DNA of 63,006 bases, filler included, from Nemertoderma westbladi (taxonomy: Eukaryota; Animalia; Xenacoelomorpha): NCBI GenBank assembly GCA_032718475.1. It is 4 parts of 4 records of this genome, joined end to end, with 100 filler letters (N's around TTAATTAATTAA, not from the genome) between each part and the next. Parts side by side here need not be neighbours in the genome. Positions count along the whole stretch, not along the records: positions 20,497 to 43,044 come from JAUCBJ010006325.1; positions 43,145 to 55,719 come from JAUCBJ010006168.1; 2 more parts are not named here. One strand, written 5' to 3'. Positions 34,379 through 46,710 of the stretch are shown piece by piece. The translations under genes were made by a program, and so were the position numbers. Numbering within the stretch: the first letter of the stretch is position 1; each line of letters begins with the position of its first letter. The notes beneath the pieces are model-generated. The model saw only the letters and a program-made list of their open reading frames with translations, searched no databases and was not told where the DNA came from.

Positions 34379-35039
34379 TTAAACTGTCTGACAGTCAAGA
34401 AATCAACAAATTCTGAATGTTTTGGCATAGGCATGTTAAAATCAGCTGTCTGACAGTCCAGAAATCAGCAGTCTGACAGTTTGAAGAAATACATACATAA
34501 AAAGTTATTAAAGGGACAACAAAAGTCATTATGCAAAATTTATAAAAAAAGGACATAAAAGGTAAAAAAATACAGCATAACATACATACATACATACGTA
34601 CATACATACAACATAAAAAATCACTGCCAAAAAATATTCAGTGCAGTGAAGCACAACCCACCAGGAAAACAATTTAGGGAATACGGTAGTACCAGTACCT
34701 ACAGTTGTAATATTGCAATCTAACGACCAATGAGTGAGTAGGCTTTGTGAAGTTCCGACTTGAATCATCATTGTGACGGAATCTACTGGAGTTGGCAGTG
34801 GTGAATCCCGACCGGTGTGTGGATTGTGTGGGTGCTGCTGAGCTGGTACTGGATATATTAGGCCGAAGGCTGTTGAAAATGACAGAGTTATGTTGTCAGT
34901 ATTAATAATAACAGTAATTGATAATAGCATAGTCTGAATATAATAACATGCAATACAGCAGTTGGTGACGACGTTCAAAACTATTCCGGTCTCACAACTG
35001 TAAGGAAACCAACTAAACTAATAATCAATAATCACAACG

Positions 35040-35952
35040 GTTATATCATTGTTATTTCTCGTACGCTGTATTATACATTAATTAATCCTTACATCACTTA
35101 TGGAATTCTTGCTTGGGGTACTGCCTGCAAATCAATAACACGACCACTAAGAATTAAAGTTAATAAAATCTTGCGTTGCATAACATTTAGCGACTACCGG
35201 GCTCACTCTGTGCCACTTTACAAATCACTAAATGTTTTGCCAATCGAATCTATATTTGAATTACAATTAGGCCAGTTAATGTACGATATATCAAAATCTT
35301 CTAATAATCACCCTCTTTCAAATTTGTTTACTAAATTGTCTGATATTCATTTATATAACACCCGTTCATCTACTTTAGGCAAATTCGTAGTACCGTTAAC
35401 CCGTTTCAATGTAGCACACCAAGGATTGTCACTGGGCCAGTACTGTGGAACAGTCTCCCCTCTAGTATAATTACTAGCAATCTAAATTTTCATTTAAACG
35501 TCAATTTAAAACATACCTATTTGAACACATTACGTAACGTCATAATAATACATTACACAATATCTCCCTATATGTCTGGCTCTATCTTATTATATTTCCT
35601 TCTCACATACACTGCGACTGGACTGTTTCTTCACTACAGTGTATTGTAAAATGGTTAATTAAATTATTATATTTCCTTGTGATCCTGATCAACAATTATT
35701 AAAGGTTTATAACAGTTCTTGTTTTATCTTTTTTCAAATATATAATACTTAGTTACATATACAGTACATTTACCCTTGGTCGGTTGGCAGCCTCGACTAG
35801 CCTGGCTATTGCTGCAACCCTTACCAACCCACCGCCTCACACACTGCATACACATTTTCTTTTTATTCCATTACAACTAAATTGTGCTTTGGTGATGGTT
35901 CTAATTATAACATTTTCCTATAAATAACAATAAACTTAAACTAAACTTAAAA
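35040..35952 (+). mobile_element. CR1/L2-group (Crack/Daphne-like) LINE 3' end with UTR
   Basis: LYYTLINPYITYGILAWG, HSVPLYKSLNVL, HLYNTRS, GPVLWNSLP; 3' UTR ends aataaacttaaactaaactt. Confidence 0.8.
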
Positions 35953-36748
35953 CATTGACACATGTTAGATTACTCCTACACTATAGTGTGGCCTTAATAT
36001 CCAATAGATGAGCTCTTATCCTCCCCAATGTGCTTTCCCGCCCACTAGTGGCTTAACCTGATTAATTCTCACCTCGCCACTCCCTGTTGCCACTGTCCGC
36101 CTTACTAGCTTGCTTGTCCCTCTGAGTTGGTTTGACCTCTCACCTCTCTGTGGCTTACGGCGTGTATCCCCCCCCCCCCCCCCCCACCAGTTGGTTATGA
36201 GGTGAGATTATTATTGGTAATCTCACATCCCCAACTATATTGGTAAAATGCCACTAATCCCATTTTCGGTGGATAATGCATGGAATTGAATCCGCTTACA
36301 ATCATTACCATATATGGTATTATTATTAGATTGGGAGTAGTGTAACAAACGGCCTTCAAGCAAAGAAACCCATTACGAACCAATATCAATAACTAATTAT
36401 CACATTTACTCTGTAACAACATACAGTGAATTATCAGCTGCTATACCAACAGTATGGTATAACATTTTATATATAAACGGAATACGGCATCATATACTTT
36501 GACAGTCATTCTACTTATTAGACTATATAATTCCATTATATAAATCCAGTTCTCATTACAAATAAAATATGTACAAAATGCCCCATACTTTTCATTCCCC
36601 CCTTCTTGTCAATCCATCTTGCGTGTGTCCAAATTTGTTTAAAATAAAAATGAAATAGTATTCGTAATCGTTGTTAATCATTTCTTAGTTTATGATCTGT
36701 TACTTGTAATTTCCGTTTTTTGAATTTTTGGTGTTGTTTGTGTGTTAA

Positions 36749-37940
36749 CCCTATTAGTACCGGGCTATAAAATGCTGTACAAATTCCGGGGGGGGGGGGG
36801 GGGGGGGTCATATTGACCCATCCCTCTAAAATCTACAAATATTAACGAAAACGTCTGATTTTTTGTTTGTACGTAGGAATCACTAGTCTGGATCCGACCG
36901 AAAAAAAAATTTTCGAAAAAATATACTGGGGTGGTAAAGTTTGTTGCAGCACCAAAATTACAAGTAGTGCACAATTTTCACAAAATTTGAAAGTTACATT
37001 TTTCGGCTAATTGGTTTTCAATACAGGTTTTCTGGGGCGCAATATACATTAGAAAATATTTAAATATGATATGATTCCCATAAATGGCTGTTTAGTCCTC
37101 TATGCGTAGGAAAAAAAATGAAAAAAACAAGTAACTAGCACTTTTCAGTTAGAACACCACATTTTTAATTCACTTATACGATGCTATTAATTCACATTTT
37201 CAGGTTTTCTAGGGCGCTGATTCTAATGGAATACATTTCAAATTGCCCCTTCTTTTGCACCCACTTCCGAAAAATACAAGTTTGAGATGTCTAGTTCGAT
37301 AATTATATATTCCATTGAATTCAGAACAGCCATAAACCTCTAAAATGCAAGAAATAAATTGTCACAAGCAAATTTATCTATTGAATGGATTTTCAAAATT
37401 GCGTGCTAGCACCAAAATTTGCACACAGCACCGAAAAATACAAGTTTGATACGCTTGGTGCAACTCGTATATATTTCTTCGACACCAGAACCCCAAAAAA
37501 CCCCAATTGCGTAAAAAACAAGTTTCAAACAATCAATTTACAAAATTGACATATTTCAAAATTTGGTGCTGGCACCACAAATTTAGCACCCGCCGAAAAA
37601 AACAAGTTTGAAATTTCTAAATCAATTTATATGATTTCCATCCACTTGCTAACACCAAAAAACCGGTATAAATCAAAAATAGAGATGTTACAATTAATAT
37701 TTAATGAAATCTAATATTCAAAAAACGTCTCAAAAAAAGTGCCAAAAGTAGGGTTAAAAAATGGTGCTATAACTCGAAAACTACCCAATATATTTGAAAA
37801 CGGTTTTCACTACTAGGAACACAATAGATTTTTAGGAAAAGTCATAAAATTTCAGATTCCCAACTGCGTTTGTTTCAGAATTATAATAAAAAAACCACGG
37901 GGGGGCCATATTGACCCCCCCCCCCCCGGGTTTAATAGGG
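36749..37940 (+). mobile_element. piggyBac-type element copy B (internally deleted)
   Basis: Same termini and TTAA TSD as copy A; lacks an internal block near 37245. Confidence 0.9.
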
Positions 37941-37998
37941 TTAAGGGGAGTAGAGTAGTACAGGCATTCCAATTTTTCTCACTTTCGTCAACATTTCC

Positions 37999-38136
37999 AT
38001 AAAATTTCATGTCGACGATCAAAAAAAAAACAACTGTAAAGTAATTTATTAATTTTTAAAACTTGTTAATAAAAGTTTTAAAAATTAATAAATTACTTTA
38101 CAGTTGTTTTTTTTGATCGTCGACATGAAATTTTAT
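37999..38136. repeat. Near-perfect palindrome (arms of about 65 bp, short loop), probably in the left end of a Kolobok-like element starting TTAA|GGGG at 37945
   Basis: ataaaatttcatgtcgacgatc(a)n caactgtaaagtaatttattaatttttaaaactt followed by its reverse complement. Confidence 0.85.
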
Positions 38137-38794
38137 TCATGGAATTTTATTCATGAAACTTCACCCCGTGGTGGAGAAGGTAATGCGGGGTCAGAGATAG
38201 GCGAAAGTAAAACAACTTCCTGCCATTTATCAGCTATTGCTGACATTGTTTATTATGGGCGTATTCATCAATACTATTGGAAGTACTACTGTAGTTAGTA
38301 TATTTACCAAGAGTTGATTTGTTTATCTGTAATAAAGTGCTCCACAGCTCGTTTACTACAGACACCAACCCATACAATTCCTCCCACTTACCCATACTGC
38401 GTGGTACACCATGGGGGTGTAAGTGTTTCAGCATTTGGTGAATACCTTCTAATAGGTAGTCACCAGAATACCCCCTTCGCCGTTGGTCGAAGTCGGCGTC
38501 CGTTTATAGGATGTTCCACTTTCCAAAAATTGTAAAACTTCCGGTTGTAAACACAGCCGTTGTGTAACGTAGTATGCCACAATCTTTTGGTAGTGCTTAT
38601 GCCCACGTGTATAAAATAGCGGGGCAAATTTCAAAAGGGCGCATAACACAAAATCGGCGCGATTGCGACGTATCCCAATCCGCAGAAAAACTATAGCTAA
38701 TAGATATGTCGTATTATACTGCATCATGGCAGTAAACCCCTCATTTGGACACTGATCCAGAAAGGCCTGGAGTTTAGTAATTACCTCTATTTCT

Positions 38795-39086
38795 TTATTA
38801 TAGGAAGGGATCTAGGGTCATAACCTCGAATGATAAGTTTATTTTACCGAAAATAACTTATCTTTTTTGGCGCAATTGTAGGACTAATCCCATCACATGC
38901 GTACTTTTTAACCGGGTAGTGTACAAATTTAGGAATTGCGTAATTTTTCTTGAAATTAATATTTCATATCTCTCCAAACCACGTACGCGTTTCGACCTTA
39001 CTGGGTCTCATCAGCGTGTTGTCGGATTCGAACCTGGGACCTCGAGGTAGAAGCCGAGCCGATAAATACAGCTTGCCAACACATTG
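38795..39086 (-). mobile_element. tRNA(Arg-UCU-like)-derived SINE/retrozyme-like element carrying a hammerhead ribozyme, flanked by 14-bp direct repeats
   Basis: Minus strand: GTGTTG-GCAAGCTG(A box-like)...CTCGGCTTCTACCTCGAG-GTCCCAGGTTCGAATCC(B box)-GACAACAC, then the HHR; ttacctctatttct at 38781-38794 and 39087-39100. Confidence 0.75.
38980..39018 (-). ncRNA. Minimal type I hammerhead ribozyme
   Basis: CACG-CUGAUGA-GACC(CAGUAA)GGUC-GAA-ACGCGU-A-CGUG: intact core, 4-bp stem II, palindromic stem III, GUA cleavage site (between 38984 and 38983). Confidence 0.85.
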
Positions 39087-39754
39087 TTACCTCTATTTCT
39101 GAGAGTGTAGTGTTTATAGTACCTAAAAATCTTTGCAGTTGGGCTCTCGTAGCACCAGTTAAGGCAACCACAACTGCTTCCCACGATTTGTGGTGATCCG
39201 TGGCCTCATCGTGGTAGAAAATTTATCTGTCAGGTAGTACTGTATTATTAGTATAGTATATGTATGTAGTACTATTATAGCCGCAAAAATGCCACTAACT
39301 CAAACTCAATGACATGACATTGAACATGGGTCGGATCAAACCTTAGGTCAACATCATGTATTGCAAGCTTGCCCTTAACCGATTGCGCACCCCAGTCATA
39401 GCCAGTTGTGACACCCTTCCCAACCACCTCTTCACAATCACTATCATCATCAATAACTCTGGGGCGTTTAGTAGGTGGTATGATCTCTCCTTCACTATTA
39501 GCATCATCTGAGGAAAAACAAAAACTCAAGTTCCTCCTACAACCTTTATCCTTAAGGATAGAGGCGCACCTTGCAAGGATGACTGAACAAGGGGTAGTAG
39601 GGGAAGGCAAGTTTATCATTGAAGGTGATGCTGAAAGTGAAGGAAGATCTACAGCAATCGGCCCCTTATTAAGGTCTCTGTTGCCAATACCAGTGGGGCA
39701 GGTTGCAGTATGGGTACTGAAGTAAATCAGGCTTGTATGTCATCTGTTGGTGCA

Positions 39755-39960
39755 CCTAATCCGAGGAAAAAGAAACCTCTAAAACCCAAATCCGCAGACA
39801 GAAAGATCAGATCACAGGCTATAAAGCAGGGAAAGCAATACTTTTCATTGTCTGGTAGAAAAAAATAAGCCTATACAATGAAACCTGTCAACTGCAAAGC
39901 GAATTGTGGAAATATGTGCTGCGGTTGATGAGCGAACCAAAATGTTTCAGATGTATTGGG
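39755..39960 (+). pseudogene. Sola1-like transposase N-terminal remnant
   Basis: Frameshifted K...QGKQYFSLSGRK...MKPVNCK..C....DERTKMFQMYW, resembling the Sola1 GKxYxSxSGK..C.C..C..ER...F..W block; cut by piggyBac copy C. Confidence 0.5.
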
Positions 39961-39962
39961 TT

Positions 39963-42142
39963 GATTCAGAACAGCCATAAACCTCTAAAATGCAAGAAAT
40001 AAATTGTCACAAGCAATTTTATCTATTGAATGGATTTTTAAAATTTCCTGCTAGCACCAAAATTTGCACACAGCACCGAAAAATACGAGTTTGATACGCT
40101 TGGTGCAACTCATATATATTTCATCGAATCCAGAACCCCAAAAAACCCCAATTGCGTAAAAAACAAGTTTCAAACAATCAATTTACAAAATTGACATATT
40201 TCAAAATTTGGTGCTGGCACCAAAATTTGGCACCCACCGAAAAAAAACAAGTTTGAAATTTCTAAATCAATTTATATGAATTCCATCCAATTGCTAACAC
40301 CAAAAAACCGGTGTAAATGAAAAATAGAGATGTTACAATTAATATTTAATGAAATGTAATTTTCAAAAAACGTCTCAAAAAAAGTGCCAAAATTAGGGTT
40401 AAAAAATGGTGCTATAACTCGAAAACTACCCAATATTTTTGAAAACGGTTTTCACTACTAGGAAGACAATAGATTTTTAGAAAAAGTCATAAAATTTCAG
40501 ATTCCCAAATGCGTTTGTTTCAGAATTATAATAAAAAAACCACGGAGGGGGTCATATTGACCCCCTCCCCCCGGGTTTAACCCTATTAGTACCGGGCTAT
40601 AAAATGCTGTACAAATACCGGGGGGGGGTCATATTGACCCCTCCCTCTAAAATCTACAAATATTAACGAAAACGTCTGATTTTTTGTTTGTACGTAGGTA
40701 TCACTTGTCTGGATCCGACCGAAAAAAAAAATTTTCAAAAAAATGTACTGGAGTGGTAATATTGCAGCACCAAAATTACAAGTAGTGCACAATTTTCACA
40801 AAATTTGAAAGTTACATTTTTCGGCTAATTGTTTTTCAATAAAGGTTTTCTGGGGCGCAAAATACATTGGAATATATTTAAAAATGATATGATTACCATA
40901 AATGGCTGTTTAGTCCTCTATGCGTAGGAAAAAAATGAAAAAAACAAGTAACCAGCACTTTTCAGTTAGAACACAAAATTTTTAATTCACTTATACGATG
41001 CTATAAATTCACATTTTTAGGTTTTCTAGGGCGCTGATTCTAATGGAATACATTTCAAATATGCCAGATCATTGCTACTTGTATTTTTCGGCGTAATTTG
41101 GCAAATTTTGGTGCTAGCACCAAATTTCGTACCCATCACCAAAAAGTACAAGTTTGCGATGTCCAGTGCTGTTTTTATTGTTTCCATCGGATTCAGGACC
41201 CTCATAAACCCGTATAACGCAAGAAACAAGATGATACTATCTACTGATCAATTTACTAATTTTCCAAAATTTGGTGCAAAACAACAATTTTCACCCACCG
41301 GCGAAAAATACAAGTTTGAAAACTCTTATGAAATTTTTACTGATTCCATTGAATTCAGAACCCTAACAAACCCGTATAACGCAAGAAACAAGATGACACA
41401 ATCAATTGATATATTTGATGGTTTTCAAAATTTGGTGCTAGCACCACATTTTGCACCCACTTCCGAAAAATACAAGTTTGAGATGTCTAGTTCGATAATT
41501 ATATATTCCATTGAATTCAGAACAGCCATAAACCTCTAAAATGCAAGAAATAAATTGTCACAAGCAATTTTATCTATTGAATGGATTTTCAAAATTTCGT
41601 GCTAGCACCAAAATTTGCACACAGCACCGAAAAATACAAGTTTGATGCGCTTGGTGCAACTCGTATATATTTCATCGAAACCAGAACCCCAAAAAACCCC
41701 AATTGCGTAAAAAACAAGTTTCAAACAATCAATTTACAAAATTGACATATTTCAAAATTTGGTGCTGGCACCAAAATTTGGCACCCGCCGAAAAAAACAA
41801 GTTTGAAATTTCTAAATCAATTTATATGAATTCCATCCAATTGCTAACACCAAAAAACCGGTGTAAATCAAAAATAGAGATGTTACAATTAATATTTAAT
41901 GAAATGTAATTTTCAAAAAACGTCTCAAAAAAAGTGCCAAAAGTAGGGTTAAAAAATGGTGCTATAACTCGAAAACTACCCAATATTTTTGAAAACGGTT
42001 TTCACTACTAGGAAGACAATAGATTTTTAGGAAAAGTCATAAAATTTCAGAATCCCAACTGCGTTTGTTTCAGAATTATAATAAAAAAACCACGGGAGGG
42101 GTCATATTGACCCCCCCCCCGGGTTTAATAGGGTTAATAGGG
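39963..42142 (+). mobile_element. piggyBac-type copy C (5'-truncated, 39963-40580 plus 42138-42142) with full copy D (40581-42133) nested in its right TIR
   Basis: ...ccgggtTTAA|ccctattag ... taataggg|TTAA taggg TTAA. Confidence 0.9.
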
Positions 42143-42445
42143 TTAAGCAGGGCCCAAAAACCCACACCACCACTACCCCCGTCCGTACCTTGACCGACTC
42201 GGATGAAGTTCACGTCTTTCTCTACCTTTGCAACCATGAGTATGATGCCAATGATAACCGTATCGGTCGGGTCAAAATTCCGATCCAATCCGGAAAGTAC
42301 TAACTCCTGGAGACTGATGCGGCGTCATCTAAATTGCGCTGCAGGAGCTGGTGCTGGGTCCCGTACTGGTCCTGGGTTCTGTACTGGTGCTGGGTCCCGT
42401 ACTGGTTCTGGTACTGGTGCTGTAAACGTACCTAATTTACATACG

Positions 42446-42895
42446 CACTATTGTGGGCACTGAAGGCGCCATGTGAGGAGTTGAGGGAGGGTATGCATGC
42501 ATACCGTGGTGGAAGGGTACACAGTACCGAAAGTATGTAACACGTACTATTGTGGGCACTGAGGGCACCACGTGAGGAGTTGAAGGGGAGCTATGTACCC
42601 ATACCGTAGTAGAGGGGTACATAGTACCATAAATACGTAATATGTACTATAGTGGGCACTGACGGCGAAACGTGAGGAGTTGAGGGGGGTATGTACGCAT
42701 ACTGTAGTAGAAGGGTACACAGTACCATAGTGAGGATTAGGAGGGGTATATATTGCGTACGTCTGATGGGCACAATGTGCCAACGAACGTAATAAATACC
42801 AACACAAGCCGGGTCAATGGGACCAATAATTATACGTAATCCGTACGTACAATAGTGGGCATTGAGGGCGCCACGTGAGGAGTTGCGGGGGATAT
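42446..42895 (+). repeat. Tandem repeat of about 100 bp, 4-5 diverged units
   Basis: tat(t/a)gtgggcactga.ggcgccacgtgaggagttga recurring near 42449, 42548, 42648 and 42852. Confidence 0.8.
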
Positions 42896-43044
42896 ATAAG
42901 CGTGGTAGGATAGACCGCACGAACTAGACTACTGTAGCGCATAGCCTGTAGTGCAGTGTTAGAACATTGCTACAGAGCCAGAAAGTTGTCTGGTAGGAAG
43001 GTAGTACAAGAGTAAGAAAATTGTAGCTAGTCTTCTCTGTAGAC

Positions 43045-43144
43045 NNNNNNNNNNNNNNNNNNNNNNNNNNNNNNNNNNNNNNNNNNNNTTAATTAATTAA
43101 NNNNNNNNNNNNNNNNNNNNNNNNNNNNNNNNNNNNNNNNNNNN
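43045..43144. other. Artificial contig linker
   Basis: N-TTAATTAATTAA-N spacer. Confidence 0.97.
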
Positions 43145-43179
43145 ATTACTATTTTTTTTTTCAATGTAACAATATTTTT

Positions 43180-44115
43180 TATTAATTCATTCATTTCATT
43201 TCATTGTTTTAATCAAATAAAATTGACATAAAATTGCACAAGAACATATAATAAAAGTGCACAAGATTGACACATTAAAATCGGTATAAGACATTCAGAG
43301 ATACAAATTAAAATTTAAAAATTACACAGCACAGATTAAAATTTACAATAAGATGTCATAGGCATATGTATATATATAATAAGTGTGCAATAAGTTTGCA
43401 TAAGTATAACATAATCAGTTGATTGTGTTTATTATTGGTTTGGTATGAGATTTGGGCAAAGTTAAATAAGAAACAATAGTTGAAATAACATTATGATTGA
43501 CATTGATTATGAAGCAAAAGGAGACAATATTTATACATTATGCAGTTCATTAGTTAGGTTCACAGACATCAAATGAAGCGATAGTAATGTAATAATGATT
43601 TGATTGATACGGAAATTAATTACCGGTAGGGTGGAAACAAGCAGGATTACGATTTGGATGGTTAATAACAAGACTAATAGCATGACAGCCAGTCGACGGT
43701 AGTTGGTTTGATAGCATAGTGGTAGTATTTAATAGCTGCACATATAAAATTGGTGACTAAGTCACCCAGTCACGAGAGCACAGCTAAACCGTTATGTTGG
43801 TTGATGTAAGTGATTCATCTCAATATACACAATACAATTTTTATAACTTTAATTTTGGAAGTCACTAATCGAGCATTAAGGTAAAATAACGAGTGTTAGT
43901 ACCAATGATCTGTGTGTGTGTGGTGTGGTATTATACATTAAAGTATTCCCTGATTCGTTGATTTTTAATGGAGAAATGTTCTCTTCTGAGGGTAAATACA
44001 GATGTGATGAAATCAATATGTCGATCTTCAATGTAACTTGTTGTGCCTTCACAGACGTATTTCATTAGAGACTTCTTGTTGTACACTGAATTTAAAAGTG
44101 AGTTGGTAGATGGTT
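43180..44115 (-). mobile_element. Possible LINE 3' end/UTR with an (AATGA)n-like tail
   Basis: ttcattcatttcatttcatt tail; cgtcgactggctgtc motif similar to the 3' UTR motif near 35790; weak ORF end at 43930-44110. Confidence 0.3.
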
Positions 44116-44164
44116 AATAATTAATGATTAATAAGATTATATATATAAGAAAGGACAAACGAAG

Positions 44165-44731
44165 AGACAGCAGAAACGAATGGGGTGAACCCGACCACGG
44201 AGCTGTGACACTCCTCGGCGTGGGCCACGATCTTACGCGCCCAGCCTCAGTGAGGGCATGTCCAGGTTTGCTGGGTGGTGGGGACAGGAAGAGCGGAGGT
44301 TGATGTCCTCTTGGGCTCCTCTGCAGATGTGGACAGGGAGGTTAGGGCGGATCTACGTGTGGGTTGGCTGGTTGGTGGCCAAGGACGAGGGAAACAAGGG
44401 GTCCAGCCTGGCAAACGGAGTCTACATATGCAGCTGGTGCATGGTCAGTTGCCTTGCGCAGGCCTAGACCTCCCATAGCGGTTGGAAGGCATGCCTTGTT
44501 GTATGACCAGTCGGAGAGCGAACCTCCGACCAGGTCAGACAAGGAGTCACGCATGATGAGGTCGAATTCCAAGGAATACTGCACTACCAGAGATGGAGGG
44601 CAACAGCGCAGGGCGAAGACGACCTTCGGGCAAGCAGGAGCGGAGGAGGGCAGTTTCTATCTGTGAGTCCTGCAGGTCTGGCAGGCATGCAATTATGGCA
44701 CGGACCTTTATTGATCCGTCCCATAACACAA
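44165..44731 (-). mobile_element. CRE-clade-like (restriction-endonuclease class) non-LTR retrotransposon fragment, post-RT region
   Basis: LQDSQIETALLRSCL..PKVVFALRCCPP...EFDLIMRDSLSDLVGGSLSDWSYNKACLPTAMGGLGLRKATDHAPAAY. Confidence 0.7.
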
Positions 44732-44734
44732 TAA

Positions 44735-44924
44735 GGCCGCGTTCACACAACCGAGTCAAAGTCAAAGTCAAAATAAAATAAATATAGTTAGCTAGCAATA
44801 ATAAATAATAATACATTATATAGGCCTAATATAATACATAAGGGCATTCTAGAAAAAATTTAATTTCTTGTTATTTTTTTTACATTTTGTATTTTGACTT
44901 TGACTCGGTAGTGTGAACGCGGCC
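44735..44924. mobile_element. PIF/Harbinger-type MITE, 190 bp, TAA TSD
   Basis: TAA|ggccgcgttcacacaaccgagtcaaagtcaaa ... tttgactttgactcggtagtgtgaacgcggcc|TAA. Confidence 0.88.
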
Positions 44925-45136
44925 TAAGGATCAGCATCAGTATATCGGAACAGCATTACTTTGCACAGTACTTTTGTGCACAATGTACTTCTTGATACAA
45001 TAGTCGATAACTTGATAGGCCTAGTCTATGTAGTATGTGTACATTGCACGTGTAGGCCCACTCTAGAGGTAAGGCATTACGCATTATATACTATACCCTA
45101 TAAACGGAGCTCGATAAACCGAAAGTAAATCTGATA

Positions 45137-46017
45137 CTACTAGGATCGGCATGCTGCATTGCAGCTGCATTTTTAAGAATGCTGTGCCGGCTTGTCAACA
45201 AAATTACACCGCCACAACTCCCTATCACCCATGACATTTGCTAGATCATCCGCATCTTTAAGGCCAGTGTCCTTTAAGATGCGTCTCAAGAAAGTCATGG
45301 GCTGTCCACCATGCTTATTCACTCCATGAGGCTGCCAAAGTACAAGATTATGCACTGGCTGGTCCTCACGGCGAAAGCAATGTCCTGCAAAGCGGAGGCG
45401 ATTTTGTTCTAGTGTCAAGCTTGGGGGAACCAATGAGACACCTCCAATGTTATATAGTGTCTGGTTGGAGATGTGTGCATTGTACTTGACACAATGTACC
45501 CGGCGTAGCATTCTTGTGAATGTGCCATCCAGAGATTTGGTGTCCTCAGCAGTTAGAGCCCAGCATGGACTCCCGTAGAGGAGTACTGGAACTACTGCTG
45601 CTCTAAATAATCGGACCTTAAGTTTCCGATTAATTCTAGGTGACTTCCAAATCCTGGAAAGCCTATTCAAGGCTGCCCATGCCTTTCCCTTACGTATTCG
45701 AAGGTCCTCACCTGACTTCCGGATCCATGATCCCGTAACAGAAGTCATCCACATGCTCAAGCATACCATCCTTTGAGCTTATGCTCATCCGATCAGAGAC
45801 TTGCTGAGGATTTTCAAAGTTAACTGTCAGAATTTTGGTCTTTCTGGAGTTAATAAAAAGACCAACACTAGAAGCAGCATGTTCTAATGAGCTGAGGAGC
45901 CGCTGGGCTCCCTCTAATGATTCTGAGAGTACTCCTAAGTCATCAGCAAAGTCTAGATCAGTTAGGTAATTGGCAGGATTTCCTCGACTTCTGGAGCCAG
46001 TAGGATCTCCAGCCAGG
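45137..46017 (-). mobile_element. RTE family 1, 5'-truncated young copy with a 14-bp TSD
   Basis: aagtaaatctgata at 45123-45136 and 46018-46031; (TAG)n tail; LDFADD and YGSPCW motifs. Confidence 0.93.
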
Positions 46018-46710
46018 AAGTAAATCTGATAGAACATCCCGGTATACATCATCTGATAAACGGCTACCGGAACCTATCTTAACAACAGTAACTTTTTTCC
46101 AGTTAGTTTATATCAGTAAGCCGATGACCTGCTTATCCATACTGTAGCTGAATAGCCTAACTAACTGCAGTAGCTTCTGAACAATCAATGGGGTCCTATA
46201 TAATTTATGTAAGAACTTATAAAGTTTGTGTTATAAAGTATAGAGTTTGTTGAGAATGCCTTTCCAAAAAATTTAGAAAAAAATATGTGCTCTAATGCCC
46301 AACGCACCTTAAATGGAACATAGCTGTAACTTCTGAACAAACACTTATTTTTGCAAAAGTGTAAAAGTAAAGTGTTTTTATTGGGCCATTTTGAGTTAGT
46401 TTCCAAAATATGAAACATTTTTGACATGGGGAAGTAGGGGTGGGCGTTAAACGGTTAAAACGGAAAGTTATTATATTCTAAGGATAATGGACTGCACCGT
46501 TAAGAATTGCACCGTCAACATGCAACTTTCAAAATGCACTCACTATTCCTATGTTCTATCTTACTTGAAAGTTGAAAGCTGGCATTCCCAGCATTGACAG
46601 CCAATCAGAAGTGAGTAATGTTTATAAATTATAGCAGCTACAGTATATTTGCGTAGCCCGGTATAGACCCCCCCCCCCCTTGCTATCTCTATATATATGG
46701 GGTTCTCTAT

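Noticed and set aside
34699-34870. Possible isolated minus-strand exon with AG/GT boundaries
   Set aside because: No recognisable protein similarity and no partner exons can be supported
33279-41909. Repeated ORFs in the piggyBac-type copies (e.g. 41072-41539)
   Set aside because: No DDD transposase motifs, non-ATG starts, broken differently in each copy; they derive from internal subrepeats
42121-42146. gggttaatagggttaa as a telomeric repeat
   Set aside because: Fully explained by nested piggyBac TIR ends and TTAA TSDs
42147-42432. Pro-rich minus-strand frame (PAPVQNPGPVRDPAP...)
   Set aside because: Contains a stop, is truncated by piggyBac and has no identifiable domain
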